This document shows, in pieces, positions 63,899 through 64,000 of a stretch of 64,000 nt of DNA. Position 1 is the first letter of the stretch. Every line of letters starts with the position of its first letter. The position numbers and the translations under genes are program-made. The notes beneath the pieces were generated by a model. The model was not told the DNA's origin. It did no database searches and worked only from the letters and a program-made list of their open reading frames with translations. The DNA is taken from assembly GCA_002269645.1 (NCBI GenBank), contig NIVC01001064.1, positions 1 to 64,000 of the forward strand. The letters run 5' to 3'. The DNA comes from Macrostomum lignano. Lineage: Eukaryota.

Positions 63899-64000
63899 GC
63901 TCCGTAGAGAGACGAACGCATGACTAGAGGGGGCAATGACCGTAGGCTGCCTATGACCGGGCAATGACCTGACGGACCTCCAGCACCAGACTGTCCCGCC

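Overview
Eukaryotic genomic DNA (GT-AG spliceosomal introns, GC-rich exons in AT-rich, repeat-laden spacers); no prokaryotic features, rRNA, tRNA or CRISPR found. The style (private minisatellites filling introns, CT-rich tracts, splice acceptors just ahead of start codons) suggests an invertebrate, possibly a Macrostomum-like flatworm; this is inference only. Host genes rebuilt by hand: one internal exon of a basonuclin/disconnected-like gene (-, 139-241), a 6-exon VAMP/synaptobrevin (+, 20371-23787), 2-exon TP53RK/Bud32 (+, 25706-26574), 6-exon Xaa-Pro aminopeptidase XPNPEP1 (-, 30728-36696), 3-exon HSD17B7-like SDR (-, 38418-40913), and an intronless type II membrane glycosyltransferase resembling microbial/viral GT-A families (-, 60405-61589). 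Mobile DNA: a 1.75 kb foldback element and a 379 bp MITE (both GGG...CCC ends, 9 bp TSDs), a frameshifted PHD+FLYWCH gene, an apparently intact 3.85 kb hAT transposon (8 bp TSD), a young RTE-like LINE with an inverted 5' half and 12 bp TSD (twin-priming signature), a decayed copy of that LINE, a probable Helitron 5' end, a dispersed CT-core repeat family and a tandem LTR-like pair at the right edge. Most ORFs in the supplied track are artefacts of tandem repeats.
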